A DNA stretch of 63,174 nucleotides, the filler included, from Sluysia triapertura (Eukaryota): assembly GCA_046118255.1 (NCBI GenBank). It is 5 parts of 5 records of this genome, joined end to end, with 100 filler letters (N's around TTAATTAATTAA, not from the genome) between each part and the next. Parts side by side here need not be neighbours in the genome. Positions count along the whole stretch, not along the records: positions 52,295 to 63,174 come from JBJNIA010192129.1; 4 more parts are not named here. One strand, given 5' to 3'. The translations under genes were made by a program, and so were the position numbers. A model generated the notes under the pieces. The model did not search any database. It was not told where the DNA came from and saw only the letters and a list, made by a program, of their open reading frames with translations. Positions 52,295 to 63,174 of this stretch are shown piece after piece (positions within the stretch are counted from its first letter, which is position 1; each line of letters begins with the position of its first letter).

Positions 52295-53423
52295 GTTGTA
52301 CTTGAAACGAAGAATGTTAGAATAAATTCTTGAGATTTATTTAAGTTTTATAATTAAAAATACGATTTATATGTTGACTGTAATGGTTTAAAAGACTTGT
52401 GAACAGGTGATAGTTTATTTGATTTAGAAAATTGATTAAAAAATAAATCTTGGCGTATCTACTATATTATTGAAAGGTATTGATAATGATTGTGTGAAGA
52501 AGCAGTGGATTTAAATTAGTATGGTTGATCCGTAATTGTAGAGTGAACGTTTTTTATGTTTGAGGTAATCGTTTGTGTTGTTGGATATTGTTACTACATT
52601 TATAATTTAAGTATTATGTGTTGTGATTGTGAATTGGTTTGAGAGGATGACTATTGAGTAATCATTGTGGATTATTTTCGTGTTAATAGAGGAAGTATGG
52701 TGTGAAATGAATTACTGAGAGCATTCAACAAGTTGCTCTTAGGAAGTATATATTGTTGAATCGCTGAGTGTCGAATGTTGTTTTGATGGATCAGTTAATG
52801 TATTGAGTAGTATGAATGTGATTGATTAATATGTTATGTTTTTATAAGCTAATTGTTGTGGTTTAAATGTGTAAGGTGTGATTAAAAATTAAAGCTGTGA
52901 GATTTTGTGAAAGTTAAGAGTTGTGGATGTTGGCCACTACAGAACCATTTAAGAAATATAAATAAAATATTCCAAAGTAATTCCAAAAAAATAAAATTTA
53001 TTATTCAAAATTGAAATCAGTGAATAGGACCAATAAAGAATTCTACAATGTGATATATTTATTTTCGTCGTTTAATATTCATATATAAGTGAATATAAGA
53101 TATGTTCCGAAAATATACAACCAACTATTGGATAAGTCATAACTGGAAGATTATAAAATATTTAAAATAATTTTTTATTTCAGAAATATTATAATGAGTC
53201 ACATAATTTAAGCGCTTTAGATAATTATTCATGCAACAAGGACAGTCGTTGTATTACACCACAACGCAAATTCAATTTATGTTCATAACAACTTTTATAA
53301 TATTACACACTTTAATGATCATAGACGATTTTACAATCAAAATTTAATATTATTAAAATTATTTTAGCATTGTTGTTGCGTTATTGTTATATGCAAAATT
53401 TTTAATTTTCTGTTTTCCATTAG

Positions 53424-54315
53424 TTGTGTTTAATGTTTTTCAATTTAGTTTTATGTACTCGTAAATATGTTGCCATTTTATTTTTAACAAGTCATTTTAT
53501 TTCTATTATTTATTTTTATTTTGCTTCGACTTATCCTGTTTACGTAAATGAGAAATATTCGTTTAATTCTGATGAAGCATGTGAAAGTAGTCATTCAGAA
53601 AGTGAAGTGGATTTAAAAAGTAAGAGATAAAATTAATGTCGAGCATAAATATATATTTTGTGTGGCTTGTAAAGTAAAACAACCTTTGCGAACAAAACAT
53701 TGTGATTCCTGTTGCCCTTGAATAGACAATTGTATTGGTGAAGATAATCCTATTTTTTAATATTTTTATCATATTTGAACTTATAGTTATTATTTGGATT
53801 TTAGCTTGAACCTTGTTATCAAATCCCCAATAAAAAGACTTCCCTATTAATAATCATTTCTCCTTATCAAATTGGTTGCAGTTGAATGCCATTTATACTG
53901 TCATTTTATTTGTTTATTTGTTGTCCTTTTCCTTTTGTTAATATTTTTTTATTTGTTTGTGCACTAATAATACAAAATGGAATATGTTGCATGCAACAAG
54001 ATTGCATATCCGAGGCAAGTTAATTTAATCGTTTGATTGCTAAGGAATTTTCTTACATGCTAAAAGCGCGATAGCGCTTCACCGGACTCAAACGGTTAAT
54101 TATATATCTATTTCATCAGGGCTATTTATTAAAATTTTGCCAAATTTTTTAATTATAAATATTCTAATTATTGGAAGACATGTTACTTAAAAGACAAAAC
54201 AACACTCTAAAATCTCAACATAAGAAAGTTGGAAAAAAAGAATATAACTGAAGATGAAGATGATAATGGCAAGAGCGAAAGTGATGAAGAAGAATTGTGT
54301 AAACAACATAAATGA
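53424..54315 (+). pseudogene. ZDHHC12-like palmitoyltransferase pseudogene (DHHC segment deleted, nonsense codon, frameshifts)
   Basis: FCVACKVKQPLRTKHCDSC|CP*IDNCIGEDNPIF at 53656-53760. Upstream YPVYVNE resembles DPGYV. Downstream TNNTKW/(E)YVACNKIAY and FHQGYLL/NFAKFF resemble the TTxE and NPFDRG motifs. QPLR and GExN(H)PxF fit the ZDHHC12 subfamily. The start is approximate. Confidence 0.8.
54025..54099. mobile_element. 67-bp piggyBac-type mini element flanked by TTAA, inside the ZDHHC pseudogene
   Basis: TTAA-TCGTTTGATTGC ... GGACTCAAACGG-TTAA. The subterminal GCGCTTCACCGG resembles GCGCTCACCGG of the 33622-34126 element. Confidence 0.6.
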
Positions 54316-54592
54316 ATTAAGTGTGCCACAGTTTTATCTTAAAATAACGTCTTTCTTGATTGATTTCAATTTTTGTTTTACTCCTTTTATTGTGACCTGT
54401 GTTTGAAAAACCCACCTTTCTATTGCACGTACACAGGTTATATCTGCCATGTCTATTCGCAGACATGATGTGTACTTAATTTTTTCTTGATATAAAATGC
54501 TTCTGCCAAATCTTTAAAGTTTATGCGTTTTGTTTTTGCCTTTTAAATTACTTTACTGCCCTTTTGTAAAATTTAAATGTGTCTGAATGCTT

Positions 54593-54596
<4 letters not shown>

Positions 54597-54630
<34 letters not shown>
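54597..54630. repeat. (TA)n microsatellite
   Basis: Read directly from the sequence. Confidence 0.9.
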
Positions 54631-54636
<6 letters not shown>

Positions 54637-57246
54637 CTTTTGATATATGCCTATCTTTTAATAATAGTCTAAACTTCTTTCTTATAATAATTTCAATTTC
54701 TTTAGTATTATTTTCACTTTTTTGTAATGTAAAGCTTAAAATTATTACTCATTTGTTACTAAACTCAAAATTTATATGTTTTATCTATTATTTATACCTA
54801 TTATTATACCCATTATTTATCTTCTTAGCTCTTAAGCATTTTATTAATTATTTAACTAAATTGTCTGGAGGTATGAATTAATATGCTCGTTTTTGTTATT
54901 CGGAATAGAAGTGCCTAATTAAAACTCTCAATTCTTAAAATTTACTTAAATCCCTGTTATAAAAATACGTAAATGATATAAAGATTACTTTTCCTCTATT
55001 CTAAATAAATAATCTAATAACTACTTAATTCTATTCTTAATGATTCAATCTTCAATCCCTTCCTTAACGTTTAAGTAAAAGAAAATTAAAATAATATAAT
55101 TTCTTTATTTATTTTACAAAATGGCAAAATTGAAATTTATATCGAAAATAATATTTAAATTTATGTTAATAATTTTAACAAATTACTTGGACCAAAAATA
55201 ATTAATCTCACTTTCGTTAAACATTCAGTTAATGTCTTCTCAAAATATCGATAGTTTTTCCGAAATTTCTGGGGCAACGAACTTCCTAAGCGATAAAATA
55301 TCTCTCCGAGCAGCGATATATAATGATAGCTTTCCAAAAATTTATGAGCAACAAACTTCTCTCAAATGTTATTTTTCTATGTTAATTCAAAAAGTTTTAG
55401 AATGCGTTGTTATTGTTGTGTTTTTGAATGGCGATATTTATACTATTTTTTGGTCGAATAAAGGATATCCAAATAATTAATAAATAATATTATATTATTG
55501 AAAATAACGTCCATTGGTCTAATAATGAATATCCAAATAATTGATAAATAACGCTACATTAAATGTCAATAATTAATAAATAACATTATTTTGAAAATAA
55601 CGTCAACATTAAAAACTTCAATTATTATTAGTTATTAAATCAAATCAGTTATTGAATCAAATTGATATAAACTTCCGTTATTAAATTAATATAATATTAT
55701 GTTTATATTATTTATAATTATCTTTGGTCCAAACTTGTAAAATTTAATTTACATTAATATTTCTTTAAATAAATGAAAATGTGTTTATTTTATTAAAAAT
55801 GATAAATTACTCTACTAAAATAAGTTTATATATTAAAACTGATTAAAATGAAGAATGAGTATTATGTTTATATCTTATATTACATTATTATGTTTTAACT
55901 ATACTATTTTCGTAAACAAGGTTTAGTCTTATTTTTGTAACATCCTTATTAATTTTATTTAACTTGTGTTGCATTCATATCATATTCCGTAATTGTTATT
56001 TTCTAATATATTTACGAATTTCTTTAGGCATGTATACAAATATGTTATTACGTAACCGTTTCCGAATTCCTTTGTCGATACGAGTATATCTACTTCATAA
56101 CTGCTTAATCTACCACCACTAACAGAACACAAATCGAGTAGATATTATTCATGGTCATTCCATAGACTTTGTGTTACTAAAGCATTCGAGTAACTAGTTC
56201 TAAAAAGATATATAAAGCAAAAAACAAAATTCATCATTGTCAGAATAATTGAATAAGCATGGAAACAAATTGTGCATTATGTACATTTCGTAGGTTCTAC
56301 AAGCGTTTCAGTTATCCATTCTAATACTGCATTTCAATTTAATTCTTATCCTGCTCTTTAAACGACTCCAGTAATTTCCACATTAAATGATTAGTCTGAC
56401 TATTTTGAAATACACTTAAAATGAACGCTTTGTCGATATTACCGAATATAATTGTGTGGTTATATTATTATCTGTGCAGTCGATTTGAATTATAAAAATA
56501 AACTTCACAATTTGATAGATTTGGTTTTTGTATAATGATTAGTCACTATTATTATTAATTTTAACACAATAATAATTATCGTTGGCATAAACATAAAAAA
56601 ATCAATTTTGAAAATGAGATTATGAGAGATGTACAAATTTTAGATTTAATCGTCGTAATGACGATTTGTACCCTGATTTATTTTTGTTATTTTCTTAAAT
56701 GGCAAAATTCTAATGAATATCAATTTATCCAAAAAGTTCGATTATTAAAAGACAATTAATCTTTTACCAAATCATGTGAATCATGAAAATATGTTACTAA
56801 AACAGGACATTTTATCGAATTATATGAGGAATAATATAACTACTCTGAATCCTAATGATTATATGATTTTTCAATTTTAATGTAAACAAAATTGTAGCAC
56901 ATTATACATGATTTAAATTAGATGTATTGAGTATTCGAATTTAAACTTAACTTATAAGCTGCCAATTATTGTTATAAGAATTTACTAAATTTGAAGTGTA
57001 AAAATTTTATGCAAAAAATTCCAAAAGACGCATCTTAGTTTTACAGCCTTGTAAAGATATAAAATGAAAAATTATAATAAGAAATGAGGTAACATTAGAA
57101 TGAGATTAAGTGAAAAAATACTAACTCGATAAACTGCCGCTATCGCTTAAATGTGAATTTTTATAGTTTGCAATGCCAATGTACAATTTATAGTCCATTA
57201 ATGCTTTGTTTTGGAGAAACTAATAATAATAATAACATGATAATAG

Positions 57247-57249
<3 letters not shown>

Positions 57250-57299
<50 letters not shown>
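57250..57299. repeat. (AAT)n microsatellite
   Basis: Read directly from the sequence. Confidence 0.95.
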
Positions 57300-57300
<1 letters not shown>

Positions 57301-60300
57301 TCCAAATTCAAATTATGTGCATTCTTTAAACTAATTCCTATTATAATTATAATTATTAATAATTCTTACCTTGAAATTATTCGTAAACCTTAGGTGAATA
57401 TAAACTTTATAAAAAGTTTAATTTTAATTTTCTTAAAATTATTCTGGTTTAACTATGCAATAAATAACTTCGAGTTATTTAATATAATAAAGGATTGTAA
57501 AACCTTAATATAAACAGTCTCTATCTGCAAAGTTTTAGTTCTAACTCATTTCTGATCTAAGAGATGGAAGTGCAAATAAAATCCTAAATTTTCTTTCAAA
57601 GTCTCAAAATAAAAATACAAATAAACGAACTACAATATCTTCCACAATTGCAAAGTTATTGCAAAAAGCAATACAACTTAAAATCACACATAATGCTTAA
57701 AAATAAATTTATAAGAAATTTTTACTTTATATTAATTATTATATTTTCAGCATATCGTATTTATTTATCAAATCTTCAATACATTTTTCACAATTTTTGG
57801 GTCCAATCAATAATGCCAAATGATAAATATAATTTAACAAATCTTCAATAACTTGTTATCTCCATATTCAGCTTTCAATACTTGAAGTTATGTCTTGCTC
57901 TGACTTGTGCGTTTTTGCAGTGAAAAATACTTCCATACATAGTATTTTCTACTAAACGTATTATAGCCAAAAAAATTTCTTGAATATATTTTACAATAAT
58001 TTCTTCATAATCAATTATTCTCTATAGTTAATTTCACTCTATAATAAAAAACAAATTTTAATCTTGTTTAATATATTCTTATCTCCTATGGCCAATTTTC
58101 TCCATATAATATATAATCACATTCTCTAATATAGTTTTGGCTACATTTTCATCAGCTTTATTTTGCTCCGGTTTTCTTAACTCTTAACCTTCGGCAAATT
58201 AAAATTGACCAAGGTACGGTTACAATATACGACTCGTGATGTAGAGTGGGTGTTACTGTAATGAAAATAATCCTTTGCTGCCAAAAATTCGACTTAATGT
58301 ATATTACTTTAACAGTTATTTTTATTCTGCAATAGTTATTTATGATTTATCTATTTATTTATTTATTTATTTATGATTCAAAGTAATCTAATCCAAATTA
58401 TATTTTCGGTAATTTTATTGTATTTCAATAATAATAATCGAACTCAAATTAATAACAAAACTTTCATTGTTTATTATTGAAAATTCAAAAACTAAAGAAT
58501 AAAAAGTAATATTTTATAATTAAAACCATTTCAGGTATTTAATTTTGATTCTTTTTTAATTTTAAATATAATTTAAATCGGGGTAAGAAAAATAATCCAA
58601 AATGATTTTACTTAGGATTTTAATATTTTGACCAAAATGATCAAAACAAACTTATAAAAATAACTGACTAAAAATTGATCAAAATAATATTCCACGATCC
58701 GAAAGTTGTTGGATACCAATTGAAGAGATAACTTGATCACATATAGTAAATTTAATTGTATTTATTAATGAAATATTATTAATGAAATATTTTTTATTCA
58801 AAGTAATGAAAATAATTGTAATGTTATTGCATACATATAATATTAGTCATCAGCCAATAAAAATCAATGAAATTTCTCGAAAATTGTAGAATGTTCTAGA
58901 ATTTTTGATTTATTTTATTTTAAATGATTCGTATTAAGAAACTTGATGATTTGAGAGACTTGTGATGACAACCTAAAAATTTATTTTTATTGTCTACATT
59001 ATACTTATATGTGCTATAGTAAATTCACATTCACCTTAATTTTATATAATAAAACTGTATTTATATCTCTATTAATATCAATTCAAGTTTTTTCACTTCT
59101 ATGTTGTTCTTGCCTGTCTGCTGCCTATTTCGTGGCTAATTAAGTATGATAAGCTTCTTTCTTCTTTTATTATTTTTTAGTATTATGAATTGTTTCTTTT
59201 CATTTTTCAAATGTATAAGTTTTTCTTGAGTTCTTGAGTAAAATTTATTTACTTATTCATTTTATTAAATGTTAAATTGTCTTAACAATAATAAAGTTAT
59301 TACAAAAGTTTATAAATTTTGAACTGCAAGTAAAGTATTGTGATTATTTTTCTAACTTTTTAATTTCTTTACTTTTATTAAAATTTAAATATTTTGGATT
59401 TGGATTATATCTAGTACATTGTTATTATCTGAAATTAGACAATAGCTTACAACAATAATAATAATAATAATAATTAATAACTAATAAACATTTGTTTATA
59501 GATATTTAATTTAATTAAAAAATTAACCTCAACATCTGAAATCAGGATGGTCATTAAAAGTTTCTTTTTTACTTCACCAATCCAAATTTTCAAATTCATT
59601 TCCAGAAAGTCGATTTCTTTTAGTATTAATATTGGTAAATTCTGAACTATTTCATAATTATAAGAAACAAAACGAATCAATTTTATAAAATAAATAAAAT
59701 TAGATTAAAGAGGTCTAAAAGTTTCATTAGTTACTATTTCTTGCGCAATATTATTCAAGAGATAGAAAATGATGCAAAGTGCATAAAAGGTGTAAGTGAC
59801 TGGCGAATTAGTCATTCAGAGACGCATAAGGATCATTTTTCAAGAAAAATTAAAACAACGGATGACAGAATCACTGTGATTCTATTACACTATTATATAC
59901 TATCGGGTTATTCGTGGATCAACATGAATTATTTAGTTATTCATAAAATATCGGTTTCAAATGTATGTACCATTGGTCACTTCTAATGTGGAATATTGTT
60001 TGGAAATCCTTGGAAAAGTACCCTTAAAATGATTTTATTTTCCATTATTAGTTGAAAACCGTTGAGCATAAGAGAAGCACGAAGATAGATCAACGTTAAT
60101 CAATGTAATAGTTTTTGAACATGAAACGAGTACTCATCATTAGGGCAATCTAACTTCATGAGCACTTTCTTAACATTTGGTGACATTCTTAGTATATAAT
60201 AAATAAAAATGTTTTCAAATGCATAATGTGACTCTGCAACCGAACATTAAGGTTAATAATATTGTAAAAATTAGTCATGGTGATACTTATATGAACTCTT

Positions 60301-61339
60301 GGTCTCCGGTTTTAATCTAAACTTCTTTAATATTTTTTCACTTTATATTACTACTTAAATTTATCTGGAGGTACAATGTTTTATTAATGTAAATTTTCCT
60401 CTATTAACTAATTCAATTAATTATTCAATTAAACTCTTGTTTCAATTTTAAGAAAATTTTTATCTTATATATTTAATTGTATCATACGGCTAAAGTAACA
60501 ATGCCTTGTTAGCACATAAAATAAACCACAATTAATTTATTTATAAGAAATTAAATAATCAAATAATTCAAGCAGTATACAGCGAAATATAATTATAATA
60601 ATTACTTTATCTTATTTTAGATTTATATAACAAATAATTAAAATACTTGAACTTGAAATAATTATTACCTGATAAAATAAAGTTATCGGTTTGATGAATT
60701 TTCTGTACACAATCTTAATAAATTCAAATGCAAATCTTTCGAAATATAGTCTTAATAAACTCCAATTAATTTCTATCTAAAATCTCGATTAGTTATTCGA
60801 GATAGAAGTGTTATGGGTTCGATTAATTTTCTGTCCGAAACCTTTATAAATTCGAATGCAAACCTTTCGTAATATATTTTTTGTCAACTTCAATGAATTT
60901 CTATCTAAAATCTTGATTACCTGAAATGTTTTAAAATATAGTTTTGATTAACTAGTTACTGTAGCTCTCTTCTCTTTTTTGCTTTATATAATGTTTCCCA
61001 AATTCGAATATCAGATAATTTATCGATATAATATTTATCAATATATTGTAAATCAAATAATTTGTAATTTGTATTTTTTCAATATAACGTTATTATAAAT
61101 AATTAATCGGTATACTAATAATTTATATATTAGCTATAATATGACTGTAAGTCGAATTTATTCAAATAACATTATTAAAAATCAGTGTAATTGTAATAAT
61201 AATTTTATATTAGTTATAAAATGATTGTAATAGCACCTCATAATAGTTTAATTATTTCAAGTTCGAGTGTTATGATTACAAATATTGTGATACTAAACTT
61301 TGATTTAGTATAGTATTTATTGAATCAAAATTTAAAATA

Positions 61340-61780
61340 ATTTTAGCCGATAATGCTCTTAAATTTCGATTACACATTACTTTTGTCTATTCTATAAATC
61401 TTTAATTTAAGTTAATTTGGATCGAGAATTAATTACATACTAGTTCTATTCGATCTCAATTTAATATAATTTTAACTTACATATTGTAGTATTCTAAATC
61501 ATGTTTCTAAGATAATTATAATCGGATTTTATGTTCTTAAAATTTGATTTCATATTACTATTATTGATTCTTAATTTAAAATGATTTGTTGACTATAGTA
61601 ATAAGGTTTAATGTTTATAAATTTTAATTTCATATTGTTTTTAAAGAATCTTAATTTAGAATGATTATTCATATAATTTCAATTTAAAATTGATTATTAT
61701 TTGTTAATGAATTTTAAATTTATATTAATTCTATGTAATCTCATTTTAAATTAATATAAGAGCATTATAATCTCAGTGAT
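61340..61780 (-). repeat. Copy of the AT-rich foldback-family repeat (a further partial copy in the opposite orientation at 62860-63020)
   Basis: Colinear with 43120-43560 (TCTTTAATTTAAGTTAA, TCTTAAAATTTGATTTCATATT, CTATGTAATCTCA). Confidence 0.7.
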
Positions 61781-62699
61781 AATGATTTTAATTTTATTTT
61801 GAAAATAAAATAAATAATTTTAAATTAAAAATAAAAATTTGAAGTTAAGATGAGCATTACATTACAATATAAAACTAAGTTTGTAAACTACTAATACTCT
61901 AAGCGCAGAACATCATTGAGAATTGTGCCTTGTGGCTTAAGCCGATAATTTAAAATTAAATCATTGAATTTAAATTTTAACACATGGATGATAAAGAAAA
62001 TAATATTTAAAAATAAAAATCAATTTCATATTTAAAATCGTATTCTTTAAGATTTTCAAAACACTTTCTTCAATCATAATCAAAACTTATGACAATGATA
62101 TTTGTAATAAATTAATGAGAGTAATGTCGTTCGGCATTTGAACAATGATTATACATCAAGACTTCACACCATGAACTTTGGGAAGAGGATTAACTCATTT
62201 TAGTTCATCGATAAAATAAATTTATCAAGATAATAATTTTAACATAAAATTATAAATAATTTTATGATTTTCAAACAAGGTAAAACATATTAAAATCTTG
62301 CATTGTGTACAACTTTTGTGTGACATAACGACAAGATGTAGATCACAATATTCTTCTTTTAACTTTCACGCATATTTAAAAAAGCCGGAAATTGAAAATG
62401 ATCTCAAAGATAATTTACGTTTTCTTTAAAAGCATAAAAATAATAAAGCTGAAAACAATAGTAAAACAATAGTGTGATGGATTTAGCTATTTTAAAAATT
62501 TAATAAGTACAATTTAACTAAATATTATTTAGATATTTATTATAGTGTTTAATGGTTCGTAAATAAAAATTTATAAAGATTTGTGGTTGTTGGTTAAACA
62601 TTCGTAAACTTGATTTGTAAATCAAATCATTTTAAAATCATATTAGAAACTTTTAAATAGTATTGTAACACATATAAACACAATGTTTATAAGTTAAAT

Positions 62700-62816
62700 T
62701 AAAACAAAATTATAAACAAAATTATAAACAAAATTATAAATTATAAATTATAAACAAAATTATAAACAAATTTATAAACAAATTATAAACAAAATTTTGT
62801 TAAATTATAAACAAAA
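62700..62816. repeat. 12-bp minisatellite (TTATAAACAAAA)n, imperfect
   Basis: About 8 units. Confidence 0.85.
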
Positions 62817-63098
62817 TATTAATTTATTTTAAAAAAATTATAAACATAATATTTAAAAAATCATTTTAAATTGAGATTAGATAGAAATAATATGAAATTA
62901 CATTTTAATAACGCTTATCAAATAATATTATAATACAGTCATTTTAAATTAAGATCAGATAGAAACAAAATGAAATTTAAAACATTATATTCGATTAAAA
63001 TCTTTTTAAAATAAGAATAAACTAATTTGATGACCGACAATTAATGCAATTGAATTCTTAGTGTAACTAGTATATTAACTTATTTTTGTGTTCTAATA

Positions 63099-63174
63099 CA
63101 GGGCTTCTTAAACTGTGGGTCGCGAGACTACTGAAAGGGGGTCGCAAAGATCTGATACTTTTCAATCATTATAA
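63099..63174 (+). mobile_element. Left end of a hAT (Charlie/Buster-type) element running off the window
   Basis: CAGGGCTTCTTAAACTGTGGGTCGCG with a repeated GGGTCGC subterminal motif. The preceding 8 bp TTCTAATA fit the nnnTAnnn target pattern. Confidence 0.7.

Noticed and set aside
53569-53586. CTGATGA-N7-GAAA hammerhead-like core
   Set aside because: No stem II or flanking stems; it lies in coding-derived sequence (SDEACES).
53719-53721. TGA at a conserved Trp, suggesting UGA=Trp recoding
   Set aside because: The intact genes use TGG for Trp with no in-frame TGA, and this locus has other disabling lesions.
54579-54881. Hydrophobic 100-aa ORF, and similar F/I/L/K/N-rich short ORFs elsewhere
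   Set aside because: It crosses a (TA)n microsatellite, and its composition is what AT-rich non-coding DNA produces.
55960-60310. Coding-like patches on the minus strand (~55960-56340, 57790-58200, 59740-60250)
   Set aside because: Multiple stops and no recognisable motif, so they cannot be assigned.
62080-62200. ESNVVRH and nearby sequence resembling a Buster-type hAT N-terminus
   Set aside because: Too degraded to support by eye.

Overview
This is very AT-rich eukaryotic (animal-type) nuclear DNA, not prokaryotic. The window holds five segments joined by artificial 100-nt spacers (44 N + TTAATTAATTAA + 44 N), plus one plain 143-N gap, so adjacency across spacers means nothing. I reconstructed two spliced genes by hand. 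One is Acinus (SAP + RRM + RSB, minus strand, ~570 aa, with a 7-nt micro-exon and a 3.3-kb intron). The other is the 5' part of Integrator subunit 10 (plus strand). Most introns are only 31-40 nt, which suggests a very compact animal genome (orthonectid-like is a guess). The rest is decayed material: a ZDHHC12-like pseudogene missing exactly its catalytic DHHC segment, two CCCH zinc-finger relics, possible pLGIC and dUTPase relics, Tc1/mariner, Ty3/Gypsy, piggyBac-type and hAT remnants, a foldback repeat, half a tRNA gene and microsatellites. The most unusual signal is a ~50-nt hairpin in four diverged copies with compensatory base changes, lying downstream of a PBS-like motif in two copies. 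All homology calls come from motif recognition by eye; no database search was run.
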